Below, in pieces: positions 40,457-49,628 of a stretch of 64,000 bases of DNA. The stretch comes from Nitrospirota bacterium. Lineage in GTDB: Bacteria > Nitrospirota > UBA9217. The notes beneath the pieces were generated by a model that saw nothing but the letters and a program-made list of their open reading frames with translations, searched no databases and was not told the origin of the DNA. Made by a program: the position numbers and the translations under genes. Every line of letters starts with the position of its first letter. The first letter of the stretch is position 1. The stretch spans positions 471,368-535,367 of the forward strand of contig CAWBNQ010000005.1 in assembly GCA_963790205.1 (NCBI GenBank). The letters run 5' to 3'.

Positions 40457-40765
40457 ATAAACACATTAAAATCCTGCGAGAGTCCACCGTTCAGAATAAT
40501 TCCATTCCAGGTTTCATCTGCCACTATTTACTTTGCTAAAGCGAAATAATTATCAAGTACCGGTTGAAACATGCTATCGAAGTTTTCGTTTAAATCGGCG
40601 GGATCGTTAGTCCACTTCGGACACCACGTTATATATGGGTAGAGCATGAGGTTAGATTCTCCCATTAAAGTATAGGGAAAATTATCTTCAAGACTACCCA
40701 AAATAGAAACCTCCTGCTAAGAATAAGTTTATAGCGAAACTAAATTCTTGTGGCAGGAGGTTCCT

Positions 40766-42073
40766 ATGAATTATGTAGATGATATCAGACTTGAGCAGTT
40801 TCTTCAACTGAAGAAAGAAATTCGCGGTTCGGAAAAGCATTTGATCGTCGGCATTGACGCGGCCAAGGAGAAGCACAACGCTTTTTTCGGTACGGCACGC
40901 GGAAAAACGCTGGTTAAGAATCTGGTCTTTGACAACACGCTTGAAGGCTTTCAAAAGCTGCTCGCCTATGTCGAGCGAATCAAAGTTCAATATAGCCTGA
41001 CCACGGTCGTTTTCGGAATCGAGCCGACGGCGAACTATCACAAGCCCCTGGCGGAGCATCTGATCAAGTGCGGGCACATGGTCGTTCTCGTGGGAGGCGT
41101 CGCGGTCAAGAACAACCGGCAGCTTCTGGACGGCCGCTGGGACAAACATGACGTCAAAGACGCGGCAAACGTCGCAGATCTTATCGCCCAGGGGAAGTGC
41201 CTGTTTTACGAATACCCCCTGATGACACTGCGGAACGTGCGCGTCCTGATCGCACTCAAACGGCGTTTAAAGAGAAGGGAACACGGCATGAGCGTATGTG
41301 TTCGCAATCACCTCATCGCGCAGTATTTCCCCGAGTTGGACCAACACTACGGCCCATCGGAAACCCTGACGGTGGTAAGGGAATGTCTTGACCCCTCGGA
41401 GATCGCCGGCATGGAATACGATGCCTTCTGCCGCACCGTCGCGCCGGGCAAAATGACGCTGGCGAAGGGCCGCAGGGTGGGAATGATCTGGAGGGCCGCG
41501 GTTGATTCCATCGGCTGCACTATGGGAGAAGCGGCGTCTTTCGAAGCTCAAGTCATGGTGGACGGCCTGAAGCAGATCAGGCAAACCATCAAGTCGGTGG
41601 AGGAAAAACTCGAAGATGCCTGCATGGAATTTCCGGAGTACACCTACTTGCTGAGCATTCCGGGGTTCGGACCGGATGTTTCCTCAAAGGTGCTTGGGGC
41701 CATTGGAAATCCACGCCGCTTTACGAGCGCCAAGCAGGTATTGAAAATGGCAGGCCTCGACCTGTGCGCGGATCGAAGTGGCAAGAAGTCCACCAGCGCG
41801 ATACCGGTCATCTCCAAGCAAGGCAAGGCCGATCTCCGCTACGGACTGTATCAGGCGGCATTTATCGCCTCGCTTAAGAACAAGGACTTTATCACCTACT
41901 TTACGAACAAGCTCAAGGGCCGGGCAAAGGAGAAAGGCATCGTCACAAAGATGCGCGTCAAGCTGGCCGCGAAGCTCCTGGTTATCGCTTGGACGCTGAT
42001 GAAAAAAAAAGAATGCTTTGATCCGAAATATCTCAAACAGGAGGATGAGGCCGCGAATAAAAAAGCGGCATGA
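40766..42073 (+). CDS. IS110-family DEDD transposase/recombinase
   Basis: VGIDAAK (D), GIEPT (E), KHDVKDA (DD), LLSIPGFG, RSGK serine, ISKQGKADLRYGLYQAA. Confidence 0.95.
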   Translation: MNYVDDIRLEQFLQLKKEIRGSEKHLIVGIDAAKEKHNAFFGTARGKTLVKNLVFDNTLEGFQKLLAYVERIKVQYSLTTVVFGIEPTANYHKPLAEHLIKCGHMVVLVGGVAVKNNRQLLDGRWDKHDVKDAANVADLIAQGKCLFYEYPLMTLRNVRVLIALKRRLKRREHGMSVCVRNHLIAQYFPELDQHYGPSETLTVVRECLDPSEIAGMEYDAFCRTVAPGKMTLAKGRRVGMIWRAAVDSIGCTMGEAASFEAQVMVDGLKQIRQTIKSVEEKLEDACMEFPEYTYLLSIPGFGPDVSSKVLGAIGNPRRFTSAKQVLKMAGLDLCADRSGKKSTSAIPVISKQGKADLRYGLYQAAFIASLKNKDFITYFTNKLKGRAKEKGIVTKMRVKLAAKLLVIAWTLMKKKECFDPKYLKQEDEAANKKAA

Positions 42074-42097
42074 TCCGTGAAACGTAAAAAACCAATT

Positions 42098-42279
42098 TCG
42101 GCGAGAGAGCCCGGGACACTACGTTGAGGCTACGACCTCGGTGGGGACAATACAGGACCTCTCGTTTGAACGATAGAATCTGGATAAGGTATTCTGGGCG
42201 GCCAAACTGAAAGCGCGGCATGCCGAATAGGCTGTAACGATTAGAGTTATCGTTCGTCTGGATGCGAGAGACTCGCCGA
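42098..42279 (+). ncRNA. Candidate IS110 bridge/seek RNA
   Basis: Outer stem TCGGCGAG/CTCGCCGA enclosing two stem-loops; the first has an internal loop whose two strands match the element's left and right flanks. Confidence 0.72.
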
Positions 42280-42430
42280 TCAAAGCGATGCTGGCAGGAA
42301 TGCCGGGAGGAAAGCTGCGTCTTCAATCGACGCAGAAAACCATCTGATTGAAAATTATGAAAACTAAACTGTCACTTGACGGGAGCGTTATAGTATGTCC
42401 CCAAAGTTCCCGCGTGGCCATGATAAGATT

Positions 42431-42574
42431 TCAAGGAAATATTCTTCGGCCTGTCCAATATCTTCTCTCTGTTCCACTTCTACGTTCAGGACCCATGTAG
42501 TTTGGATCATGGTATTTTCGTCGATCTGAGCCTGATCTCTGATCATTTCCTGACCTGCGTTTTTCCTTTTCCAT
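42431..42574 (-). CDS. 47-aa Arg-rich microprotein with RSGxD/ERR repeats (not in ORF track)
   Basis: GGGAGG RBS; MEKEKRRSGNDQRSGSDRRKYHDPNYMGPERRSGTERRYWTGRRIFP*. Confidence 0.72.
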   Translation of the reverse strand: MEKEKRRSGNDQRSGSDRRKYHDPNYMGPERRSGTERRYWTGRRIFP

Positions 42575-42858
42575 ATGCCCTCCCTTTGTCACGCATCTAT
42601 AAGAAAAAAGCGATTCATCATATATATCAAATAAGTTTAAACGGACTATTCACTTCTCACAAGAATCTCAATCTGCGAGCTTCAGAAGTGCATGCCCCAT
42701 CACCAGACTCATCTCCACGAGCATAACAATGATAAGGACGATTACGGCTACTGAACGCCCTGGATCAGGTCCTAGGGCTTGATTTTTGATGTTCAGACCA
42801 GGAACATTTAACAAGTGATATCGGACCATATGATGGTCTTTGGGTGCATCCTTGCATT

Positions 42859-44082
42859 CTAGAAGAACGACGTCACGACCAGGACCAGCGTCAGGACGAT
42901 CATGATCACGACCGTGGCCCACGCGATGATATTGAAGGTCTTCGAGTTGGTAAAATCGCCCATGATGTCCTCGTTGTTGATCAGCAAGAGCATGAAGATC
43001 AGCACAAAGGGCAGCATCACGCCGTTCACCACTTGCGAGATAAGCATGATCGGGATGAGGGGCGCATTCGGGATAAGGATGATGAGCGCCCCGATCGCGA
43101 TAATAGCGGTGTAGAGCCACATGAACTGCGGCGCTGTTTTAAAATTCTTGTCGACCCCGGACTCCCACCCCATTCCTTCACACACATAGTAGGCCGTGGC
43201 CAACGGGAGGATGGACGCGGCGAACAGCGAGGCGTTCGCCAATCCGATCGCGAACAGTATTGACGCGTATCTTCCCGCGAGCGGGGCAAGCGCCACGGCC
43301 GCGTCTTTCGCGTCGGTTATCCTGATGCCGCTCACATACATGGTGGCCGCGCAGGAGACGATGATGAAGAACGCCACAAGGTCGGTCATGATGCAGCCGA
43401 CGATGACGTCCATGCGTGACGCGCCGTAATTTTCCACCTTGATGTTCTTCTCCACCACAGCGGACTGGAGATAGAACTGCATCCAGGGCGCGATGGTGGT
43501 CCCCACGACGCCGATGAGCATCATGAGATAGGGCACCTTGAACTCGAACGACGGTTTCACCGTATCGAGCATGATCTGTCCCCACGGCGGGTGGACGAGG
43601 TATGCCGAGACCACGTAGGTCAAAAAGACGGTGCAGGCGATAAGGAATATCCGCTCGACAAAGCGATAGGTCCCCTTTACCACGAGCAGCCAGACCGCAA
43701 AGGCGCCGATGGGGACGGAGACGTACTTGCTCACGCCGAAGATCTCCATGGACGAGGCCCAGCCCGCGAACTCGGCCACGGTATTGCCCATGTCGGCAAG
43801 CAGCAGGCTCAGCATGAGGAAAAACGTCATTCTCACGCCGAAATTCTCCCGGATCAGGTCGGCAAGCGTCTTGCCGGTCACCACGCCCATGCGGGCGACC
43901 ATCTCCTGCACCACGATGAGCGCGATCGTGATGGGGATCAGCGTCCAGAGGAGCGAGTAGCCGAAGTGCGCCCCGGCGACGGAGTACGTGGCAATGCCGC
44001 CGGCATCGTTGTCCACGTTCGCGGTAATGATGCCGGGGCCGAGCACGGAGAGGAATACGAGTATCTTTCGTTTATTGAGCAT
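42859..44082 (-). CDS. Nramp-family divalent cation transporter (Mg2+-type clade)
   Basis: GPGIITANVDNDAGGIATYS and GTTIAPWMQFY instead of the MntH DPGN/MPHN motifs. Confidence 0.9.
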   Translation of the reverse strand: MLNKRKILVFLSVLGPGIITANVDNDAGGIATYSVAGAHFGYSLLWTLIPITIALIVVQEMVARMGVVTGKTLADLIRENFGVRMTFFLMLSLLLADMGNTVAEFAGWASSMEIFGVSKYVSVPIGAFAVWLLVVKGTYRFVERIFLIACTVFLTYVVSAYLVHPPWGQIMLDTVKPSFEFKVPYLMMLIGVVGTTIAPWMQFYLQSAVVEKNIKVENYGASRMDVIVGCIMTDLVAFFIIVSCAATMYVSGIRITDAKDAAVALAPLAGRYASILFAIGLANASLFAASILPLATAYYVCEGMGWESGVDKNFKTAPQFMWLYTAIIAIGALIILIPNAPLIPIMLISQVVNGVMLPFVLIFMLLLINNEDIMGDFTNSKTFNIIAWATVVIMIVLTLVLVVTSFF

Positions 44083-44209
44083 AAAGGATTTCTACCGGCA
44101 TTCTAGAGTACTTTACGAATCAGTTTCGCGCCAAGCTCGCAAAGAAAGGCTTAAAAAAATATCCTTGGATTAAAACCTTTGCGCCCTTTGCGAGAGACGC
44201 TTTTGGAAC

Positions 44210-45475
44210 TTATCTTTTCCGGCGTTTTTTCCGCGAAGCGGTCGGCAGGAGGAAGTCCACCACGTCGTCCACGGTGACAATGCCGTGCATGACCCCGGTC
44301 TCATCCACCACCGGGGCCGCGAGCAGATTGTACTTCGATATGAATTCCGCCACGTCCTTTTCCCCTGTCTCGAGCGGGATCGTCTTTGCCGGCGTCGTCA
44401 TGATGTCGCGCAGCAGCGTCTGTGACGTGGCGAGAATAAGGTTCTTGAGCGACAGCACTCCTAGTATTCGTTCCTCATTGTCGAGAATATACAGGTAGTA
44501 AATCGTTTCGACGTTCGGCGCTTCAAGCCGCAGTTCCTTGATGGCTTCCTCGACGGTCATATCCGGCGCGAAGGCGAGATACTCGGTGGTCATGAGGCCG
44601 CCTGCGGTGTCTTCCTCGTGCTCGAGCAGTTCCTGAACGTCTTCCGCCTCCTCTTTTTCCATGAGGTTGATGAGTTCCTGGGCCTTGGCCTCGGGCAAAT
44701 CTCCGAGAACGTCCGCGGCCTCATCGGGCGGCATGCGCTCCAGGATGTCCGATGCACGCTCCTTGGCCATGTCGTCGATGATGTCGGCCTGCACGCGCGG
44801 TTCGAGCTCGTGCAGGGCCTCGGCCGCCGTTTCCACATCAAGGCTCCCGAAGATCGCCGTACGCTCCCTCTGGGACGCCTCGCTCATGATCTCCGCCAGA
44901 TCAGCGGGATGAAGACTGGCCACCTTCTGGCGTGAAATGGTGAGCGTCAGCCGGGTAAGCTTCGGCTCGATGGTCTGAAGGTAGTGCCAGCCGATGAGCC
45001 GCTGCTGGAGCCGGTAGTGGAACAGGGAAAAGAGCTTCTCTCCCCGCGCCTCCACGCCGAGCCTGCGCAAGAGCCCCCGAAGCCCGATGTCCGCCGCCAC
45101 GAGACAGAGCCTCCCCTTGATATCGCCGAGTTTGATGTCATTCACGCGGACAAGCTTGGCCCCGTTGATGTCTACAATCTGTTTGTCGAGGACGTCGCGG
45201 CATATCAGGATGTCATTCGGCGAGACCGAGGCGGGCCCCAGGTTCTGAATAAGGGCGTTGACGGAAATGACCCGACGATTGAAGAGATTAACGATGTCCC
45301 AGGGGATAATGAAGGTGCCTTTGCCGTCCGAGGCGACGAGCGCGGTGACCGAGGGAAACGGTTCGCCCATGCCCACGATGATGTCCGTCAGCTTGCCGAT
45401 GTCTTCGCCCGTCTGGTCGAGCACAGGCTTTTTATAGACCTCGCTGACAAATATTTCTCCGGCAAAAAAGGGCAT
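44210..45475 (-). CDS. Soluble PRC + MgtE-N + CBS-pair protein (no MgtE membrane domain)
   Basis: LDKQIVDINGAKLVRVND, LHPADLAEI, TAGGLMTTEY, GIVTVDDV, then ends. Confidence 0.88.
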   Translation of the reverse strand: MPFFAGEIFVSEVYKKPVLDQTGEDIGKLTDIIVGMGEPFPSVTALVASDGKGTFIIPWDIVNLFNRRVISVNALIQNLGPASVSPNDILICRDVLDKQIVDINGAKLVRVNDIKLGDIKGRLCLVAADIGLRGLLRRLGVEARGEKLFSLFHYRLQQRLIGWHYLQTIEPKLTRLTLTISRQKVASLHPADLAEIMSEASQRERTAIFGSLDVETAAEALHELEPRVQADIIDDMAKERASDILERMPPDEAADVLGDLPEAKAQELINLMEKEEAEDVQELLEHEEDTAGGLMTTEYLAFAPDMTVEEAIKELRLEAPNVETIYYLYILDNEERILGVLSLKNLILATSQTLLRDIMTTPAKTIPLETGEKDVAEFISKYNLLAAPVVDETGVMHGIVTVDDVVDFLLPTASRKKRRKR

Positions 45476-45510
45476 GAGCGCTCCATCGCGGGTACGGTGA
45501 GATGAACTAG

Positions 45511-45539
45511 GTTATACCAGCGGGCACGGGGTATGTCAA
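45511..45539 (-). promoter_or_regulatory. sigma70 promoter for the CBS-Nramp pair
   Basis: Minus strand TTGACA-17-TATAAC with extended TG. Confidence 0.65.
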
Positions 45540-45785
45540 GAAAAAAGCCGTAAAAAATCAACAAAATATGCTACAATGGAACGGTAAGAGAGACCGGAGC
45601 GTCTCGAGAAGAGGCCACGTTCGCGTGACCTGCCTGCGACGCCTGTTTCTATAAATCCTTACAATAGAAATATTAAAAAAATTAACATGTCATATCATTG
45701 ATTTTCTGCTATAGTTTTTCTGTTTTTGATGCCTCCAGGGATCCCCATATTTCCGTTCGTGGTCGTTTGAAAGGAGAAGGAGCGT

Positions 45786-46388
45786 ATGTCGGAACTGACC
45801 GTAAAGGACCTGAAAAAGGACATCTATCTCATCATGCATAAAGCGCAGGAGATGCTTGAACTCACGGAGGACGGGTTCACGAAGAACAAGCTCTCCGCGC
45901 TTGATGAGGCCGATGAGATTTCGAAAGAGATCCATACCAAGGAGGACGCTCTCACGGCCGCGCTCGCAAAGATGGCCTCGGCGAACAGCGAAGCGAGGAC
46001 CCTTCTGACCGTCCCTTCCCATATCGAGAAGATCGCGACGAGCATCAAGCGGATCACCGAAAACAGCCGCAGCCGGATCAAGGAAGGCATGCTGTTCAGC
46101 GACAAGGCCATCCATGAGACCGGCAAACTGTTCACCAAGACCAAAGACGTGCTCAAAAAAGCCGGCGAAGCGGCGGTTACCGGCTCAAAAGCAACGGTTG
46201 ACAGCGCACTCGCGGAAAGCGATGCGATCGAACGCATGGCCAACGAGTTTGCAACGAGCCACGAAGAGCGGCTCGTGACCGGCGAATGTTCGCCCAAGTC
46301 GTCCTCGACCTACCTGTGCATTCTGTACGCCTTCGAAGACATGGGAGCGCATATCAAGGACGCGACAAAGAGACTTGCGGGCAAATAA
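45786..46388 (+). CDS. PhoU-like domain protein (resembles the soluble C-terminus of Na/Pi cotransporters)
   Basis: All-helical; HIEKIA, LFSDKA, SHEERLVTGEC. Confidence 0.7.
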   Translation: MSELTVKDLKKDIYLIMHKAQEMLELTEDGFTKNKLSALDEADEISKEIHTKEDALTAALAKMASANSEARTLLTVPSHIEKIATSIKRITENSRSRIKEGMLFSDKAIHETGKLFTKTKDVLKKAGEAAVTGSKATVDSALAESDAIERMANEFATSHEERLVTGECSPKSSSTYLCILYAFEDMGAHIKDATKRLAGK

Positions 46389-46430
46389 CGACCCTCATCT
46401 TCCCTTCGTCCCCTTCACAAGGGAATTACC

Positions 46431-47210
46431 ATGCAGGACACCTCAGTTCGGGGAATAGGCTTGGCCCTTTCGGGCGGCGCCGCGCGCGGCATCGCCCACA
46501 TCGCCGTCCTGGAGACCCTGGAATCGGAGGACGTCCCTATCGCCGCCATTGCCGGCACGAGCGCCGGCAGCGTCATCGGCGCGCTCTATGCCGCCGGCAT
46601 GCCCCTCCGTGAGATCAGGCGCATTCTTGTGAATGCAACGTGGAAGGACGTGCTCAAGCTCACGATCCCCAGGCGGGGCCTCATCTCAAGCGAGGGTATT
46701 TACCGGTTCATGGAAGATATCCTGCCGATCAAGAAATTTTCCTCCCTCGCCATCCCCTTCGCTGCCGTGGCCACGGACCTGAGGACTGCTGAAAAGGTCG
46801 TCATCACGAGCGGCTCCGTTGCCAGGGCGGTCCAGGCAAGCTGCAGCCTGCCGATCATTTTTACCCCGACAGAGATCAATAAGAAAGTACTGGTCGACGG
46901 CGGCGTCGCGAGCCAGGTGCCGGTAAGGGCCGTGCGTGAAGCGCTGGGAGCGAAGCATGTGGTCGCCGTCAATGTGAATTACAAGGCCCTCGAACTGGAC
47001 GAGTACGACAACCTCATCAAGATCGCGACCCATCTGTCCGTGCTGTGGGCCACGCGCAATGCGCGGGAAGAGGAAAAACTCGCTGACGTCGTCATTCAGG
47101 TCAATGCAAAGGGGATCTCCCTATATGATCTCTCGAAGTCGCGGGAACTTCTCCGCCGCGGGCGGAAAGCGACCGAGGACAAGCTGCCGGAGATCAGGGG
47201 GCTGCTGTGA
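46431..47210 (+). CDS. Patatin-like phospholipase
   Basis: LSGGAARG, GTSAG, DGG. Confidence 0.93.
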   Translation: MQDTSVRGIGLALSGGAARGIAHIAVLETLESEDVPIAAIAGTSAGSVIGALYAAGMPLREIRRILVNATWKDVLKLTIPRRGLISSEGIYRFMEDILPIKKFSSLAIPFAAVATDLRTAEKVVITSGSVARAVQASCSLPIIFTPTEINKKVLVDGGVASQVPVRAVREALGAKHVVAVNVNYKALELDEYDNLIKIATHLSVLWATRNAREEEKLADVVIQVNAKGISLYDLSKSRELLRRGRKATEDKLPEIRGLL

Positions 47211-47351
47211 AGCATTTGACCCCCTGCCCCGGCGTTTGCCGGAAGTATGGCAGGCGGCATCCTGACCCGCGGCATGATCAAACATGATACAATGAAAGGT
47301 AATTGTCCTGAAAATAATTGCCTTTACCGTGCGAACACAAGAGGAGGGACC

Positions 47352-47600
47352 ATGCAACCGATTCTCATTCTGACCGTTATCGGAACTTTGCTGCTTCTGC
47401 CGGGTTCGAGCTCTGCGGAAACAAACGCCGAGTGCCAAACGCGATGCGCCGCCGATAAAGCAACAAGAGATGAGGGCTGCCCGCAAGCTGATAACAATGA
47501 GGAAACCGACCAGGCGCGCGCTCAGTGCCTGCAGGACAGTGAAAACGCATACACCAGTTGCGTCAACGATTGTCCGCAACCGGCTGCCACGGACAGCTAA
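47352..47600 (+). CDS. Small secreted protein with six cysteines
   Basis: GGAGG RBS, signal peptide ending SSA, CxxxC...C...C...CxxxC. Confidence 0.7.
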   Translation: MQPILILTVIGTLLLLPGSSSAETNAECQTRCAADKATRDEGCPQADNNEETDQARAQCLQDSENAYTSCVNDCPQPAATDS

Positions 47601-47678
47601 ACTCATACGTGCCGTTCGCTACCCTGGTGTCGTGCGTCCAACGCTGCCTTTCTTAAGCTGCACCGTGAACCCTTCGCA

Positions 47679-47788
47679 GTCATTCTGAACGGAGCGTAGC
47701 GAAGTGAAGAATCTTGCTCAGGGCAGGCTCCGTGCAGGGTCTTGCAGCGGTCTGAAAATGCAAGATTCTTCGCTGTGCTCAGAATAAC
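47679..47788. repeat. REP-like inverted repeat pair
   Basis: GTCATTCTGA...GAAGAATCTT / AAGATTCTTC...TCAGAATAAC. Confidence 0.7.
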
Positions 47789-47898
47789 CACCTATGGAAA
47801 GCGATTTATGACGCACTCCACGAGCAGGAACCGCCAAATACGAATCGTATGTACCACCTCTATAATCTGGTATAGAAGTTCATACCGCGCCTATTTTG

Positions 47899-49377
47899 AT
47901 GACAAACACAAACGATAAACAACACCGTGCTCTTTTGCAAAGGATCGCCCGCCGGGCAATGATCGAGCGGGGACTGCTGCCGGACTTCTCCCCCCAGGCG
48001 CTTACCGAACTCGACGGGCTTCGCGGGCCTGCGGCACAAACGGAAAAGACCATGCGCGATCTGCGGCACCTGCTCTGGTGCTCGATCGACAACGATGACT
48101 CACGCGATCTGGACCAGCTGACCGTTGCAGAGGCCATGCCCGACAAAAGGGTGAAGGTCCTTGTTGCCGTCGCAGACGTCGACGCCCTGGTCCAAAAAGG
48201 CTCGGCGATCGACGAGCATGCCCGCCGGAATACCACCTCGGTGTATACTGCGGCCAGGATCTTTCCCATGCTGCCGGAAAAACTCTCAACGGACCTTACG
48301 TCCCTCAATTACGCGTCGGAACGGCACGCGTTGATCGTTGAACTGATCATCGGGGAAGATGGATCACTTCTGCGATCCGACGTGTACGGCGCGCTGGTCC
48401 GGAATCGCGCAAAGCTGGCCTACAACAGCGTTGCCGCCTGGCTGGAGGGCAGCGGCGCGGTCCCGGCGGAGATACCCGCGGTCCCCGGCCTCGAGGAGAA
48501 CCTCCGGCTCCAGGACCGGGTCGCCCAACTGCTGAAGAGGCTCCGGCACGAGCACGGCGCGCTTACCCTTGAGACCGTGGAGGCGCGGCTGGTGTTCGAT
48601 GCCGATGAGCTCAAGGACCTTCAGGCCGAAGTTCGGAACAGGGCGAAAGACATTATCGAGGACTTCATGATCGCGGCGAACGGCGCGACAGCGCGCTTTC
48701 TCTCCGCCAAGGGTCTTCCGTCGTTCCGGCGCGTGGTCCGCACGCCGAAACGGTGGGACCGGATCAGGGAGCTGGCCGCGGACCAGGGCCAGACGCTTTC
48801 CGAAAATCCCGATGCAAGATCGCTGGAAACCTTCCTCATCAAGGCGCAAGCTGCAGACCCCCTCCGGTTCCCCGATCTCTCCCTTGCGATCATCAAGCTG
48901 CTTGGAGCGGGCGAATACATGCTCGAAGTCCCGGGAGGCGGCGCCGGCGGCCACTTCGGTCTCGCAGTCCAGGATTATTCCCATTCAACGGCCCCGAACC
49001 GCCGTTACCCGGACCTCATCACTCAGCGCTTGTTAAAGGCGGTCCTGGCCGGACAACGCATGCCGTACGAGAACGGAGAACTGTCGGAACTGGCAAGACA
49101 CTGCACGGAAAAAGAGGACGCGGCAAAGAAGGTCGAACGGCAGGTCAGGAAATCCGCAGCAGCCATGCTTCTGGAGCACAGGCTCAATGAGCAGTTCGAT
49201 GCCATCGTTACCGGCGCAGCGGATAAAGGCACCTGGGTCCGCCTTCTCACTCCGCCTGTCGAAGGAAGGCTTACAAGCGGATTCCAGGGGCTGGACGTAG
49301 GCCACCGGGTCCGTGTCCAGCTGATGAAGACGGACGTGGAACGCGGCTATATCGACTTCAGGAGAGTAGGGAAATGA
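47899..49377 (+). CDS. RNB-domain exoribonuclease (short RNase II/R-like)
   Basis: SIDNDDSRDLDQ, IEDFMIAAN, HFGLA...YSHSTAPNRRYPDL, C-terminal S1-like domain. Confidence 0.92.
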   Translation: MTNTNDKQHRALLQRIARRAMIERGLLPDFSPQALTELDGLRGPAAQTEKTMRDLRHLLWCSIDNDDSRDLDQLTVAEAMPDKRVKVLVAVADVDALVQKGSAIDEHARRNTTSVYTAARIFPMLPEKLSTDLTSLNYASERHALIVELIIGEDGSLLRSDVYGALVRNRAKLAYNSVAAWLEGSGAVPAEIPAVPGLEENLRLQDRVAQLLKRLRHEHGALTLETVEARLVFDADELKDLQAEVRNRAKDIIEDFMIAANGATARFLSAKGLPSFRRVVRTPKRWDRIRELAADQGQTLSENPDARSLETFLIKAQAADPLRFPDLSLAIIKLLGAGEYMLEVPGGGAGGHFGLAVQDYSHSTAPNRRYPDLITQRLLKAVLAGQRMPYENGELSELARHCTEKEDAAKKVERQVRKSAAAMLLEHRLNEQFDAIVTGAADKGTWVRLLTPPVEGRLTSGFQGLDVGHRVRVQLMKTDVERGYIDFRRVGK

Positions 49378-49628
49378 CGGACCTCGCGGCAAACGGAAGA
49401 ACAGCCGCTAATGCAGATTTCAGCGACTCCTTCCAGAAGGGTCGTCTCTGCGGATGATGATATAATACTGCTTGTATCGCGCATTTTATGATGTAGTTTT
49501 CGATCCATAACGGCTTCCTGAAGTTTGCATATAGGATCTGACCGGTCAGTGTGCATGCTTCATCCCGTATTTGATAAGCGGTGCTGGCGTATTAGTAGCA
49601 TTAGCCGCATATATAAGGAGTACTGGAT

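Larger units (their letters stand above)
40627..42392 (+). mobile_element. IS110-family insertion sequence bounded by a CGTTATA direct repeat
   Basis: CGTTATA at 40627-40633 and 42386-42392; no terminal inverted repeats; TTGACG near the right end; single transposase. Confidence 0.85.

Noticed and set aside
45476..45785. M-box (ykoK) Mg2+ riboswitch before the CBS-Nramp pair, also checked before mgtA
   Set aside because: Predicted leader is only ~30 nt and lacks the GTTAGGTGAGGC core.
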